Shown here: positions 24,959 to 53,787 of the stretch, piece by piece
How positions within the stretch are numbered: position 1 is the first letter of the stretch
How the letters are laid out: every line of letters begins with the position of its first letter
Origin: Macrostomum lignano
Lineage: Eukaryota
DNA: 64,000 bases
Assembly (NCBI GenBank): GCA_002269645.1
Contig: NIVC01002889.1
Location: 1 to 64,000 of the forward strand
Direction of reading: 5' to 3'
Notes under the pieces: model-generated
Told to the model about the DNA's origin: nothing
The model's database searches: none
The model's input: the letters and a program-made list of their open reading frames with translations, nothing else
Position numbers and translations under genes: made by a program

Positions 24959-27900
24959 ATGTGCACGCTGAAGCCGCATCAAGTGGATTTCGATTTGGCC
25001 TGGAATAAACTGGTTCGCACCGTAGATCGCGTCCTACAATGCGAAGACGTTGCTAAGGAGACGTGGACCGATACATTCTTCACCATCTACAGTCTGTGCG
25101 TTGCTGCCCCGGAGCCCCACTGCGGCAGCCTGTACACGCATGTTAATAGCTTTCTACAGCAACACTGTCAGGCTGTTTTGCAGCGCTTAGACCAGGTGCC
25201 AGACGTTGAACTGCTGGCAGCTTATCACCGCAGTTGGCGCACCTATTACGACGGTTCCAGCTACCTGCACAGGCTATTTCGCTATCTAAACGTGCATCAC
25301 GTGCAGAAGAAGCAGCCAAGCGACGCCGATCTGTGCTACGGCGGCATGACCCGCAGCGCCGATGCCCACACTCTGGAGGTATTCGAGCTAGCTATGGACA
25401 TCTGGTACCGGATGCTGCAGCAATTGGCGCCGCGGCTCTGCCCGCTGGTTCTAGCTCAAATCGAGCTCAGCCGCCGTGGCGTCAGCATAGACGGCAGCCG
25501 GCTTAGCAGCGTTGTCCAGTCATTTGTTGACGTGGTGCACTGGGACAGAAAGCGCTGTCTGACCTTCTACACTGAGCAGATTGAGCAGCTGCTGTTGGCC
25601 CAGACGGCCGAGTTTTACGCTGCCGAAGGGGATGCATTGTTTGCTAGGCAGCCGGTTCACCGCTACATTGAACTCGTGCTGCAGCTGCTGCGAGAGGACG
25701 GCGAACGGATGCAGGCCCTGCTGCACCCGAGCTCTGTGGATAAGGTGCGCCAAGAGGCTGAGCAAAAGTGAGTGAATAACTACATGCTGATTTTGGAGAC
25801 TTTGCTTGATGCCCCGCTGGAAAATAGGGAAGGATTTTGGTTCGGGTTTTTTTAGTTCGGATGGATCCGTTCAGTGGGAGAATATCCGGTCGTTTCTTCG
25901 GATATGTGACGCCAACTTTACATATCCCGACGTTTTGTTCGGATATTATAGTTCTGTATCCGGACGAAACGGCCCGATGCGTAGATTGAATCCGGAGGTA
26001 AGTCCAGAAATTTTTGTCCGGATAAGTCACATATCCGGGTGGTAATCCGGATATTCGTCCGGAAAAATATCATATCTGGACATATCCGGCTGTTCATTCG
26101 GAAAAGTGCCCCTGTCCGGATCCGGATACGCTATATCCGAACCAAAAAATATCCGTCCCATTTTTTCCGCGGGTGCATGCGATGTTCCTATCCTATCTTT
26201 CCTTCCTTTCTACTCCTATTCTTGAAATCCCCCTCTTCGCTGTCTCTGTAATCCACCTCTCCGCTCGTTTCAGTTTTTAATCCTCCACTTTCTCTCTCTC
26301 ATCTCCCCTCCCTCTTTGTAATCCGCTCCGCTCCCTCTCCCTATGTTATTGTGCTACACAATCGGAAGACATTTGATTTACCAATGTCTTCAATCCTGCA
26401 GGCTTGTTGAGAACTTCCTGCCGCAGCTGAATCAGGCCGCTGTCGGGTTTGTTGAGCAGGAAGAATCGACTAACCTGGCCAACCTGTTCCAACTCACCCG
26501 ATCGCTGCCAGAGGGTCACAAGGAGCTCCGCAGGCTGTTTGAGGCGCATATCTGTTCAGCTGGAGAGCAGGCGCTGGCCACCGTTGGCTCGTCGGAGCCC
26601 GCCGCCGCTGCCCAGGAGTTTGTTGACGGCCTGAGACAATTGCACGAAAAGTTCAAAGCCTGGGTTAGGGGCACGTTTAACGACGATGCGCAGTTTGATC
26701 GGTCGCTTGATTTGGCACTATCGAAAGTTGTTAATCAGCTGGACGCTGCAGGTGATTTAATTGCATTTGGTTATTGCTGTTTTGCTTGGCGGCTTTATGT
26801 CAGACTCTTCTGTGCAGCTTGTGTTCATAATGGATCAGCGAGTTAGGGAATGGTGATGCGGGTGATATATGTTGGTCACCACAATTGGGAGATTTGTTAT
26901 GATGAAATTTTGCTTCCGTCTAACCAGACACGGAAGTGAAATCTTAATCTTCACTTCAAGTCTTAATCCGACTTGATAGGGTGAGATTTTGATTCTCTCG
27001 GACTATATGGGTGTGATTTTGATTCTCTCGGACTAGATAGAGTGAGATTTTGATTCTATCGGACTAGATAGGGTGAGATTTTGATTCTCTCGGACTAGAT
27101 AGAGTGAGATTTTGATTCTATCGGACTAGATAGGGTGAGATTTTGATTCTCTCGGACTAGATAGAGTGAGATTTTGATTCTCTCGGACTAGATAGGGTGA
27201 GATTTTTATTCTCTCGGACTAGATAGAGTGAGATTTTGATTCTATCCGACTAGATAGGGTGAGATTTTGATTCTATCCGACTAGATAGGGTGAGATTTTG
27301 ATTCTATCCGACTAGATAGGGTGAGATTTTGATTCTCTCGGACTAGATGGGGGAGATTTTGATTCTCTCGGACCAGATAGAGTGAGATTTTGATTCTATC
27401 CGACTAGATAGGGTGAGATTTTGATTCTCGGCCTAGGTGTGTGTGATTTTGATTCTCTCGGACTAGATAGAGTGAGATTTTGATTCTATCCGACTAGATA
27501 GGGTGAGATTTTGATTATCTCGGACTAGATAGGGGAGATTTTGATTCTCTCGGACTAGATAGAGTGAGATTTTGATTCTATCCGACTAGATAGGGTGGGA
27601 TTTTGATTCTCTCGGACTAGATAGGGTGAGATTTTGAGTCTCGGACTAGGCATGGGTGAGATTTTGATTCTCTCGGACCAGATGGGTGAGATTTTGATTC
27701 TCTCGGACCAGATGGGTGAGATTTTGATTCCATCCACCTACTTACAATGCGCCAGGCAAGAAGCAGTGCAAGTCGCCCGAGCTGCTCGCCCGATACGTTG
27801 ACGCAATGCTGCGCAAATCATCCAAAGCCGTTAGCGACAGCGAATTGGAGGAGAAGCTCAGCCAGTGCATCGGCATCTTTAAATACGTCGAAGACAAGGA

Positions 27901-30900
27901 CGTATTCCAGCGGCACTATCAGCGCCTGCTATCCAAACGGCTGATCCTGGGCGTGTCGCACTCGTCCGAGGCCGAGGAGGGCATGATCTCTAAGCTGAAG
28001 TCCGCCTGCGGCTACGAGTTCACTTCCAAATTTCAGCGCATGTTTCACGATGTCCGGCTGTCCGAGTCGCAGTCGTCCGATTTTGCCGACGCGCACGGAC
28101 GCGACGCTCTGGGCATCTCTCTGCACGTGTTCGTGCTGACCCAGGGCGCCTGGCCTCTGCAGGCGTCAAATACGCCGTTTCCCAGGCTGCCCAGCCCGCT
28201 GGAGCGCGGGGTGACGCTGTTTCAGCGGTACTATACTAATAAGTTCCAGGTAAGTAAAGCTTGTTCTGGTGAAGTACAGAATTCCTTAACATTCCAATGT
28301 AAAACCGAAAGCCATGAATTTGAACTCGCAAGTCGGGAGTCCCGAACTCACGTTATTATTTATTAGAGGCAGAGGGCTGTGTACACCTTGGCGTACTTTA
28401 AGCGACATTGTCACACAACCGGCGAGAGGCATTGCCGCCCATTCCGCCGACTCCCCTGAGCAGGCACACAAGCGCGCGGATACGTACGCAGTCATACGCA
28501 CAGGCACACACTCACACAGGAGTGTACAACGGCCCTAACTTTACAGTGCCTTGAGGGTTGGCCCTCAAAGGCGTTAATTGCACGAGCAGAGCCAAGCCGA
28601 GATTCCAATTTAGCCCCAAATAATGCGACTGCACTTGGAATCGAGCCTGGGCCGCTGGCGCATCAGAGCGCCGCGCTAGACCATTGGGCTGCAACCCCCC
28701 CCCCCCCCCCGTTACTGAACTCGCAGTCAGGAATGCCGAACTCGCAGTCAGGAATGCCGATCTCGAAGTCAGAAATCCCGAACTCGCAGTCAGGAATCCC
28801 GAACTTGCAGTCAGGAATCCCGAAGTCGCAGTCAGGAATCCCGAAGTCGCAGTCAGGAATCCCGAACTCACAGTCAGGAATCCCGAAGTCACAGTCAGGA
28901 ATTCCGAAGTCACAGTCAGGAATTCCGAAGTCACAGTCAGGAATTCCGAAGTCACAGTCAGGAATCCCGAACTCGCAGTCAGGAATCCCGAAGTCACAGT
29001 CAGGAATCCCGAACTCGCAGTCAGGAATGCCGATCTCGAAGTCAGAAATCCCGAACTCGCAGTCAGGAATCCCGAACTTGCAGTCAGGAATCCCGAAGTC
29101 GCAGTCGGGAATCCCGAAGTCGCAGTCAGGAATCCCGAACTCACAGTCAGGAATCCCGAAGTCACAGTCAGGAATTCCGAAGTCACAGTCAGGAATTCCG
29201 AAGTCACAGTCAGGAATTCCGAAGTCACAGTCAGGAATCCCGAAGTCACAGTCAGGAATCCCGAAGTCACAGTCAGGAATCCCGAAGTCACAGTCAGGAA
29301 TCCCGAAAGCAGTTGCAGTCTATAAACACACAAAAAGCTGTCCTCCCCATTCCACTAGGGCCGGCGCCTCACCTGGCTGCATGCGCACGGCACAGCCGAC
29401 ATGAAGCTGAAGTTCAGTCGCACCTATTCGGCTACTGTTGGCGCAGCCCAGGCCATCCTGCTGCTGCAGTTCAACGACCTGCCAGCTAGCCGGACCCTGT
29501 CGCTAGCCGATCTGGCTAACGCAGTCGGTGTCGGCGAGGCTGAACTGCAGCGCTGCCTGGCCCCCCTCATCGACTGCGGCATCCTGCAGGCCGACGCGAC
29601 TGGCCAGCAGCTGCACGTCAATCAGGAGTTTCACAGCAAGCGGTCGCGACTCCGGGTCCTGCCTGCGCCAGCCAAGGAGGCCGAGAAAGAGCAGGAGCGT
29701 GTCGCCTCCCAGATTCAGGAGGATCGAAAATTCTTCCTGCAGGCGGCGATTGTGCGGATTATGAAGGATCGAAAACGGCTTAACTTTAATAGCCTTACTC
29801 AGCTGGTTAGTCTCATGTTTCGAGCTTAATACTGTAGCATGTTGTTTAACTTGCCCCGTGTCCTTAGCTAATTAGGCTCACCTTTGATTCCCCCGTGTCC
29901 TTAGCTAATTAGTCTCACCTTTGATACCCTTGTATCCTTAGCTAATTAGGCTCACCTTTGATACCTCTGTATCCTTAGCTAATTAGGCTCACCTTTGATA
30001 CCTCTCTATCCTTAGCTAATTAGGCTCACCTTTGATACCTCTGTATCCTTAGCTAATTAGGCTCACCTTTGATACCTCTGTATCCTTAGCTAATTAGGCT
30101 CACCTTTGATACCTCTGTATCCTTAGCTAATTAGTCTCACCTTTGATGCCCCTGTATCCTTAGCTAATTAGTCTCACCTTTGATGCCCCTGTATCCTTAG
30201 CTAATTAGTCCTACCTTTGATGCCCCTGTATCCTTAGCTAATTAGGCTCACCTTTGATACTCCTGTATCCTTAGCTAATTAGGCTCACCTTTGATGCCCC
30301 TGTATCCTTAGCTAATTAGGCTCACCTTTGATGCCCCTGTATCCTTAGCTAATTAGGCTCACCTTTGATTCCCCCGTGTCCTTAGCTAATTAGTCTCACC
30401 TTTGATACCCTTGTATCCTTAGCTAATTAGGCTCACCTTTGATGCCCCGTGTCCTTAGCTAATTAGGCTCACCTTTGATACCCCTGTATCCTTAGCTAAT
30501 TAGGCTCACCTTTGATACCTCTGTATCCTTAGCTAATTAGGCTCACCTTTGATACCCTTGTATCCTTAGCTAATTAGGCTCACCTTTGATACCTCTGTAT
30601 CCTTAGCTAATTAGGCTCACCTTTGATACCCTTGTATCCTTAGCTAATTAGGCTCACCTTTGATACCCCTGTATCCTTAGCTAATTAGGCTCACCTTTGA
30701 TACCACTGTATCCTTAGCTAATTAGGCTCACCTTTGATACCCTTGTATCCTTAGCTAATTAGGCTCACCTTTGATACCCCTGTATCCTTAGCTAATTAGG
30801 CTCACCTTTGATACCCTTGTATCCTTAGCTAATTAGGCTCACCTTTGATACCCCTGTATCCTTAGCTAATTAGGCTCACCTTTGATACCCCTGTATCCTT

Positions 30901-31692
30901 AGCTAATTAGGCTCACCTTTGATACCCCTGTATCCTTAGCTAATTAGTCTCACCTTTGATACCCCCGTGTCCTTAGCTAATTAGGCTCACCTTTGATACC
31001 CTTGTATCCTTAGCTAATTAGGCTCACCTTTGATACCCCTGTATCCTTAGCTAATTAGGCTCACCTTTGATACCCCTGTATCCTTAGCTAATTAGGCTCA
31101 CCTTTGATACCCCTGTATCCTTAGCTAATTAGTCTCACCTTTGATACCCCCGTGTCCTTAGCTAATTAGTCTCACCTTTGATACCTCTGTATCCTTAGCT
31201 AATTAGGCTCACCTTTGATGCCCCCGTGTCCTTAGCTAATTAGTCTCATCTTTGATGCCCCCGTGTCCTTAGCTAATTAGGCTCACCTTTGATACCTCTG
31301 TATCCTTAGATAATTAGGCTCACCTTTGATGCCCCCGTGTCCTTAGCTAATTAGTCTCATCTTTGATGCCCCCGTGTCCTTAGCTAATTAGGCTCACCTT
31401 TGATACCTCTGTATCCTTAGATAATTAGGCTCACCTTTGATGCCCCTGTATCCTTAGATAATTAGGCTCACCTTTGATGCCCCGTGTCCCTAGATTATTA
31501 AGATAATAAGGCTTATACTTTCTCTTCTTACTCCTACTTATCAATAACTGCAACCCGCAGGTGCTGGTGCAGACAACTCCCAGGTTCAAGCCGGAGGTGA
31601 AGATGATCAAGACCTGCATAGAGAGTCTCATCGAGAAGGAATACTTGACCAGATCTCAGGCCAAGCTAGACGAGATCAGCTACAACGGTTAA
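24959..31692 (+). CDS. cul2: Cullin-2, 5 exons, ~743 aa
   Basis: Exons 24959-25767, 26402-26751, 27756-28249, 29359-29805 and 31561-31692, phases consistent. CUL2-type N-terminus LKPHQVDFDLAWNKL..IYSLCVAAPEP; KSPELLARY; neddylation motif IVRIMK; C-terminus MIKTCIESLIEKEYLTRSQ. Confidence 0.95.
25809..26178. mobile_element. MITE with ~35-bp imperfect TIRs and many TCCGGA/ATCCGG subterminal motifs, cul2 intron 1
   Basis: Left end ATGCCCCGCTGGAAAATAGGGAAGGATTTTGGTTCGG; right end CCGAACCAAAAAATATCCGTCCCATTTTTTCCGCGGGTGCAT. Confidence 0.7.
26974..27729. repeat. 31-bp minisatellite, cul2 intron 2
   Basis: GTGAGATTTTGATTCTCTCGGACTAGATAG(G/A), ~24 copies. Confidence 0.96.
28712..29308. repeat. 21-bp minisatellite, cul2 intron 3, with an internal 273-bp duplication
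   Basis: CGAACTCGCAGTCAGGAATCC, ~28 copies. The diagnostic variant GGAATGCCGATCTC occurs at 28751 and 29024. Confidence 0.96.
29852..31490. repeat. 37-bp minisatellite, cul2 intron 4
   Basis: TTAGGCTCACCTTTGATACCCCTGTATCCTTAGCTAA, ~44 copies. Confidence 0.97.
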
Positions 31693-32784
31693 TACACAGA
31701 CGCAGATACACTGTACTGCAGTATCTACAATCTAAAAGAAGAACTTAGCAGCTAGCAGTTTGTTGTCAGGCAGGGCTTACTAAACCTACTGTTTTATTAC
31801 ATGTAGATTGTCGTTTGCGCATTCGCACCGTGTTTGGGTTATTATGAATAATTAACCGTAACCAATGACTATAGAATAATGGGGCTGTAGTTAATAGCTA
31901 CATAGCAATCAATACTGTTGTTTGGGTATTGTATTAACGCTAACAATACAATAAACTTTATTTGTATAGCTAATTGCATAGATACAGGAAACATCTACTG
32001 TACCTCTATTATACCGTATAAAGCGCTCTGAGGAACGTGTAACAGCGTTGAGGAAGATGAGAAAGCGATGTTTTTAGTTTTATTCAACGCCATCTATTTA
32101 GAATTTCATATTTAACTGATCCGCCGTCTTGCGTATGCCCTCCTGTACTTGGCTGGCTTGATTATTATGAATTTGCGAAAAATAATGCTTTGTAATGATT
32201 CAATTTATTCCAGCAGACTAAATTATTATCAATTATTTTCTTGTGTTTCTACTTTCTCTTTTTTTATAAACAAGTTTGTACTACTTTGCTAGTCCGTTTC
32301 TAGCATACTTTGATGCTACTATCAGTAGCAACTAGCGAATACATATTTCCTAGCAGGTTTAGTGTATTGAAGGTTAGGAATAAAAAGAATTTTCCCAACT
32401 TAGCAACTCAGTTTCCGAGTCATATTTAGACAATAAGGATATTCAACGGATTTCGTTGGGTGGGTTGAACTTTTTCCCTATTAGTACTCGTAGGCAAGTT
32501 TCAAAAATCTTTCTAACTGCCCATCAATTTCTCTCTGTGCGCATGAGTAGGCAGCCTTCCATCTCCTTTAAGATCCCTACGTGTACTAAAAATTTGTGCA
32601 CGCTTCGCTGCACCCGTCCGTCCCTCACGCCATGGGGCGCTTCTAATCAGGACGCTACGATGGATGGAATAATGTTATTAGATCAAAGCCTAGGCGTATG
32701 TTAATGCAGAGGGACTTTTTTCTAGCACGTCTTGGAAAAGCCTTTTAAATCCTTTCTATCAACGCTGTGTGCTACTTAAGTCTA

Positions 32785-33000
32785 TGAAGATGGCGGCGCT
32801 TATTTCCCGTGAAGCTCGAGATTAAGATAGCGGGGAGAAATTTGCGTGGGTGTTTCGTGTTCTAGCCAATGAGGGAATGTGTAGAGCTTGTTCAGCAATC
32901 TTACATGGCCTATATATATCTGGGCTTCAAGCACTGGTTTAGCATTGTCGGCACTCTTAAATATTCCTGTTCAATTCAGCCGGAACTTCTCTATGTAAGT
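32785..33000 (+). promoter_or_regulatory. Possible promoter and non-coding first exon upstream of TRPM
   Basis: YY1-like AAGATGGCGGC at ~32788, a CCAAT box at ~32865 and a consensus donor T|GTAAGT at 32995. An acceptor CAG sits immediately before the TRPM ATG (34857-58). Confidence 0.35.
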
Positions 33001-34529
33001 ACTTATATAATTAGTTTTGCCTGAATAATTTGGGTTTGTATCGCCATTGACGTTTTATATTGGACGCCATAGACATTCAAGCCAGGCCACACAGATCACA
33101 CCCTAGTCATAGACTTTAGCAGTTTAGCTAAGTCTACTGAGGGAGGCTTGGCCATAGACTATAACCTGGACATTCAATATGGCAATCGGACTGAGATTTT
33201 ATAGCTCTCTGTCCCTCCATCGCCTGTTTGCTCGTCTTTGGCCTGAAAGCGATCCCATTCAATGGCGCCACGAATTCCTGTAGTAGATCGCCAGCGGCTG
33301 ATTTGATGCGATTATTAAATAAGGGTCATCCATCGCAGCAGCTGCAAGATCTTTCAAATCAAGAAAACAAGCGCATTCTGAATCGCTGCCAACTTTCGAC
33401 TCGATGGCAGAGTGGACTCCCATCCTCGCGGTGGTCAGAAAGGATTGTGCAAGGCCGATCAGGAAATGAGAGAATTCTTGGTTGAGAAGCTCTATAAAAT
33501 CCTTTCGATGAGACGCTCAAGGAAATGTCTGAACTGCTGACCGAGCGCTTTCCCCGAGCAGTTTCATGTTCATTTTTAAATATTCCAGTGGCCCTGAGAT
33601 ATAAAAAATACGTTAAATAAGGCGAATTCCCGTTTTGAATGGCTTTTTCCCATTTAGATTGTCCATTCCACATTCCTATGGTTGTGCATTCCCAAGCAGC
33701 CGTCAAAAGCGATAGCACCCGTTTCAAAGAGCCTGATGGTACCGACTGGACAGAGAAGACTGATAAGGAGGTTTGGATAGATAATTGAACTGGAAAAGCA
33801 GTGAATAAATTGCGTACTTTGGTGAAAGTCTATATTACAGTGTACAATAGAATGTACAGCCAAGTCTGCGTATACTCGTAGTAAAGTCTTGGCATAACTG
33901 AGTGTTGAAGTGGCAGCGATAGTCTATGGCCAGCCCTGCTGACCAGGCCGGTAGGAACGAGATCTTTGTTATCAATGATTTTCCGGCTTCGGAGTGAAAA
34001 GTTTAACGGCGCTTCATTGAATTGAGAATAATCATTTTTTGAGACATTTTATTTCAATAATTAACGTTTGAGAAGCTAGTTTGAGCCGCTTCTTGAATAT
34101 TTGATTTGATTGTTTTCGACTAGGATCTAAAGGATTCGTAAAACGGATTAGTTGGGAAAATTTCTTCGACTGTTCGCTCTGTCTGATGATGCGTGATTGT
34201 TTTGTTTTTTAGCCTGCTTTGGGGAATTATTTTTTTGTATGAAAAAAATTTTGCTGAATAATTGAACTGACATTTATTGAAGGCAGGAATATATTTGATG
34301 CATTCGAGCGCGCAGCCTACTAAGATGCATCTTTTTTTCTTTGTACACCTGCTGACACCCACTCTCTCCATCTCTGTCACCTGGTCTCCTGTTTATTTTT
34401 CTTAAAATAGCTCAAAATTTCTTGTTTTTCTTCAGTTTTGTAGATTAATTCCTGTACCAATAAAATTTACCAACTTGCTGAGGACAACCTATAAAGAGAC
34501 AGCTACTCCTGCTCCAAAACGTATTACTC

Positions 34530-34690
34530 TACTCTAAGACGTACTCAAAACTACTCTTAAGCGTACTCAAAACTACCCTAAGACGTACTCAAAACTAGTC
34601 TAAGAGGTACCATTTTTAGTATATTGGAAGTACTCAAAACTACTTTAAGACGCGCCAAAAACTACTCTAAAACGTACTCAAAGATTCCCG
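34530..34690. repeat. Degenerate 22-bp tandem repeat
   Basis: GTACTCAAAACTACTCTAAGAC-like units. Confidence 0.7.
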
Positions 34691-34859
34691 AGAACTAGTC
34701 AGAACTAATTGCTACTGTAGATTTTCTTATTGCCAGAACAATTGATTATTTTAAAAGTGCAAGCTTACAAACAAAGTTGCTTCTATTTTGATCCTATTTC
34801 AGTAATCCCTCGCCCGGTAGCTGACAGCGAGGCTTTTAGCCTCCCCGCAATCACTCAGA

Positions 34860-50862
<16,003 letters not shown>

Positions 50863-51225
50863 TCCATCTATGTGCTTAGTATATACTCGTATGTGCCTAG
50901 TGGCTGCTTGGATTGCTAATCTAGCCAATTATATTGTTTCTGCATCCATTTGTTGCTGGGATTAGCAATGCTGCTATAAAGCTTATCGAGCTATATACTA
51001 AATATATTACTTTATTACCGCATTTTTACCACTTAAAGCAGTTGATAACTACTACTACTAGTAGCAATATAACTTATTACAAATCCGAATGCCATACTAC
51101 ACCAGTGAAATCATGCAGGCGAGAAGTGCCTGAAGATTGGATTGGATTGAGTAATGAAAATAAATTTTTTTGAGCTTTCCATACCATGGAATCTGGTCGA
51201 AAATACATTGAATACATTGAAAAAG

Positions 51226-51530
51226 ATAATAATAATAATCATTAATAAATACCTGCCCTAATGGCCAGATGTGCAACCGACAGCTCAGCCGCAGCTATCG
51301 CGTGGCGCATCTGAAGGCTGCGTACGGCTGTTCAGTCCAAGGACTGGGGGTCGCCACACAGCCTCAATTACCCCAGCTAATGCTGGCACCCATTTTACAG
51401 CTGGGTGAACTGAAGCAATGCAGAGTTAAGTGTCTTGCTCGAGGACACAAATTGTTCCGAGTGGGTCGAGAGTCGAACCCCCAACCTACCAGTCGTGAGT
51501 CGAGCACTTACATCACTAGGCTACAACCCC
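51226..51530 (-). mobile_element. tRNA-derived CORE-SINE, copy 2 (inverted relative to copy 1)
   Basis: Reverse complement of 39694-39976 with an extra internal segment of roughly 30 bp; the (ATT)n tail reads ATAATAATAAT on the + strand. Confidence 0.85.
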
Positions 51531-52489
51531 TTCTTAATTAAATTATGGAACATAAGAGATTATTACTAAATAAATTTTCCACGCGTATTGTTAATCAGTA
51601 TGATTTCATTGTCTGCCTCTCTTTATTTAGAGCTGAAAGTTAAACAATTTACACAATGCAATGTCTATTACGCCAGTGACTACTGATAGTAGTAAGCTCA
51701 GGATAAGAGCACAAAAATTTAATTTTTAATTAGTAGAAGTGATTGAATGATTGACTGCAAATTTGTTTTTTTTAATCTTGAAACAATCTGAAAACTTTCT
51801 CCCTACACTACTATTAGTACTCGGGCGTTACTCATTAAGCTGCTGAGTTATGTATTCTCGTTTCCAAGATCTCCACTATTATGCATATATATGTCTATTA
51901 TTTTCTGATTGTCCCGATTTTCAATTACTAAACTCGCATTCAATCGATCTGCTCGTGCGCGTCCACTTTTACCTGCTTTATTAGTTTTCTTTCATCCTTT
52001 TTTACTCCCTGTTTGCCTTTCCTTGGTTGCTCGTTAATTATATACAAACTATTAACATTATTACTGATTTTTAATTTAACATTTAACAGCTCATCAGGAG
52101 AACTATAATTTACCAAATAAATATCGCATGCTGTTCAGCCTGATTTGGCGGTACACTTCTCTCACTCTATACACATTATATATAACCCAATTGCAGTGTC
52201 TGCGGAAGCTTATTTTTTCTGATTTTTGACCGACAATCTCTCTTACTAGTTGGTTGGCGCACTTCTTGTGTGTTCCTGTCTATTTGATGAACCTGTTACT
52301 GGTGCTGATGCTAATCTTGAATGTTGAATTTTTTTTTACTAATAACACGCGCTACTTGCTACTATTTTGTTTTGTCACTTTTTTCTACTGCTTTTCCCGT
52401 TTGCATTATAAGTATTTTTAGCTGGCATTGTTGGATTGTCTGAAGCTGGATTCGTATCTGATGGCTCTAGCAGCCATTCTTACCTCTGA

Positions 52490-53130
52490 CCTATCTGTCA
52501 TCTCATCTCTTTTCTCTCCCTGTCTCATCTCTCGATCAGTCTCGTCCCTCCGTATCTCATCTCTACAACATTCTCATGTCTCCGTATCTCATCTCTACAT
52601 CATTGTCATATCTCCGTATCTCATCTCTATATCATTCTCATATCCCCGTGTCTCATCTCTATATCATTCTCATATCTCCGTGTCTCATCTCTAAATCATT
52701 CTCATGTCCCCGTGTCTCATCTCTATATCATTCTCATATCTTCGTGTCTCATCTCTACATCATTCTCATATCTTTGTGTCTCATCTCTATATCATTCTCA
52801 TGTCTCCGTGTCTCATCTCTACATCATTCTCATATCCCCGTGTCTCATCTCTATATCATTCTCATATCTCCGTGTCTCATCTCTACATCATTCTCATGTC
52901 TGTGTCTCATCTCTATATCATTCTCATGTCTCCGTGTCTCATCTCTATATCATTCTCATGTCTCCGTGTGTCATCTCTATATCATTCTCATGTCTCCGTC
53001 TCATCTCTACATCATTTTCATGTCTCCGTGTCTCATCTCTACATCATTTTCATGTCTCCGTGTCTCATCTCTATATCATTTTCATGTCTCCGTGTCTCAT
53101 CTCTATATCGTTTTCATGTCTCCGGGTATT
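52490..53130. repeat. 32-bp pyrimidine-rich minisatellite between TRPM and ALDH3
   Basis: GTGTCTCATCTCTATATCATTCTCATATCTCC-like units. Confidence 0.93.
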
Positions 53131-53787
53131 ATCTCTCCATCATTTTCATCTCTCCCTCATCTCCCTTGCACCGTAGCTCTAATCCCTCTAATTATAATTT
53201 GTTCCAGTGCAGCCTATCAAGCAGTGGAGCATTCATCATGGTTCCGAAAAATTGCGTGAATTCTGCTTTGATTACTAATTTAGCGAGCTGCACTACCTTT
53301 AGCTGACTCAATTAATTAATTACACATTGTTTTTTTAACCTAGCATTCTATAGTGGTATTATACTCGTAAAATATACAAGAAACCAAGCTGATTATTAAT
53401 ATTCAATTTGACGCTTTGTATTTACCTAAGTTTTTCTTGGTTAATACACGCATTATCTTGCTACTTTTTAGCGTAAAATTGTCTTATTGCTACTAGCTAT
53501 TAGTAGCAAGAACGACATGTTATGAAATTTTATATACACATATCAAGCATAAATATAAACTTTACTTAGGGAATTTTGTAAAACAGTTGTTTCACTTTTG
53601 TTAATATATACCCTGACAAATAGACTAATGAACAGAACCTAATGCTTTCTTGAGTCGATAGTTATTATTTAAAACCGCCTTGTTTGTTCATGATAAGCTA
53701 TAAGTTGATATTTTTTATATTTACTAAAAATCAACAAAGACCTGCTATTACCACTTGAAGCAACAAAGACGCTATAGAATCCAAGCC

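Noticed and set aside
33359-33727. Secreted prohormone suggested by an RGKR site
   Set aside because: TTG start, no convincing signal peptide and no recognisable family motif.
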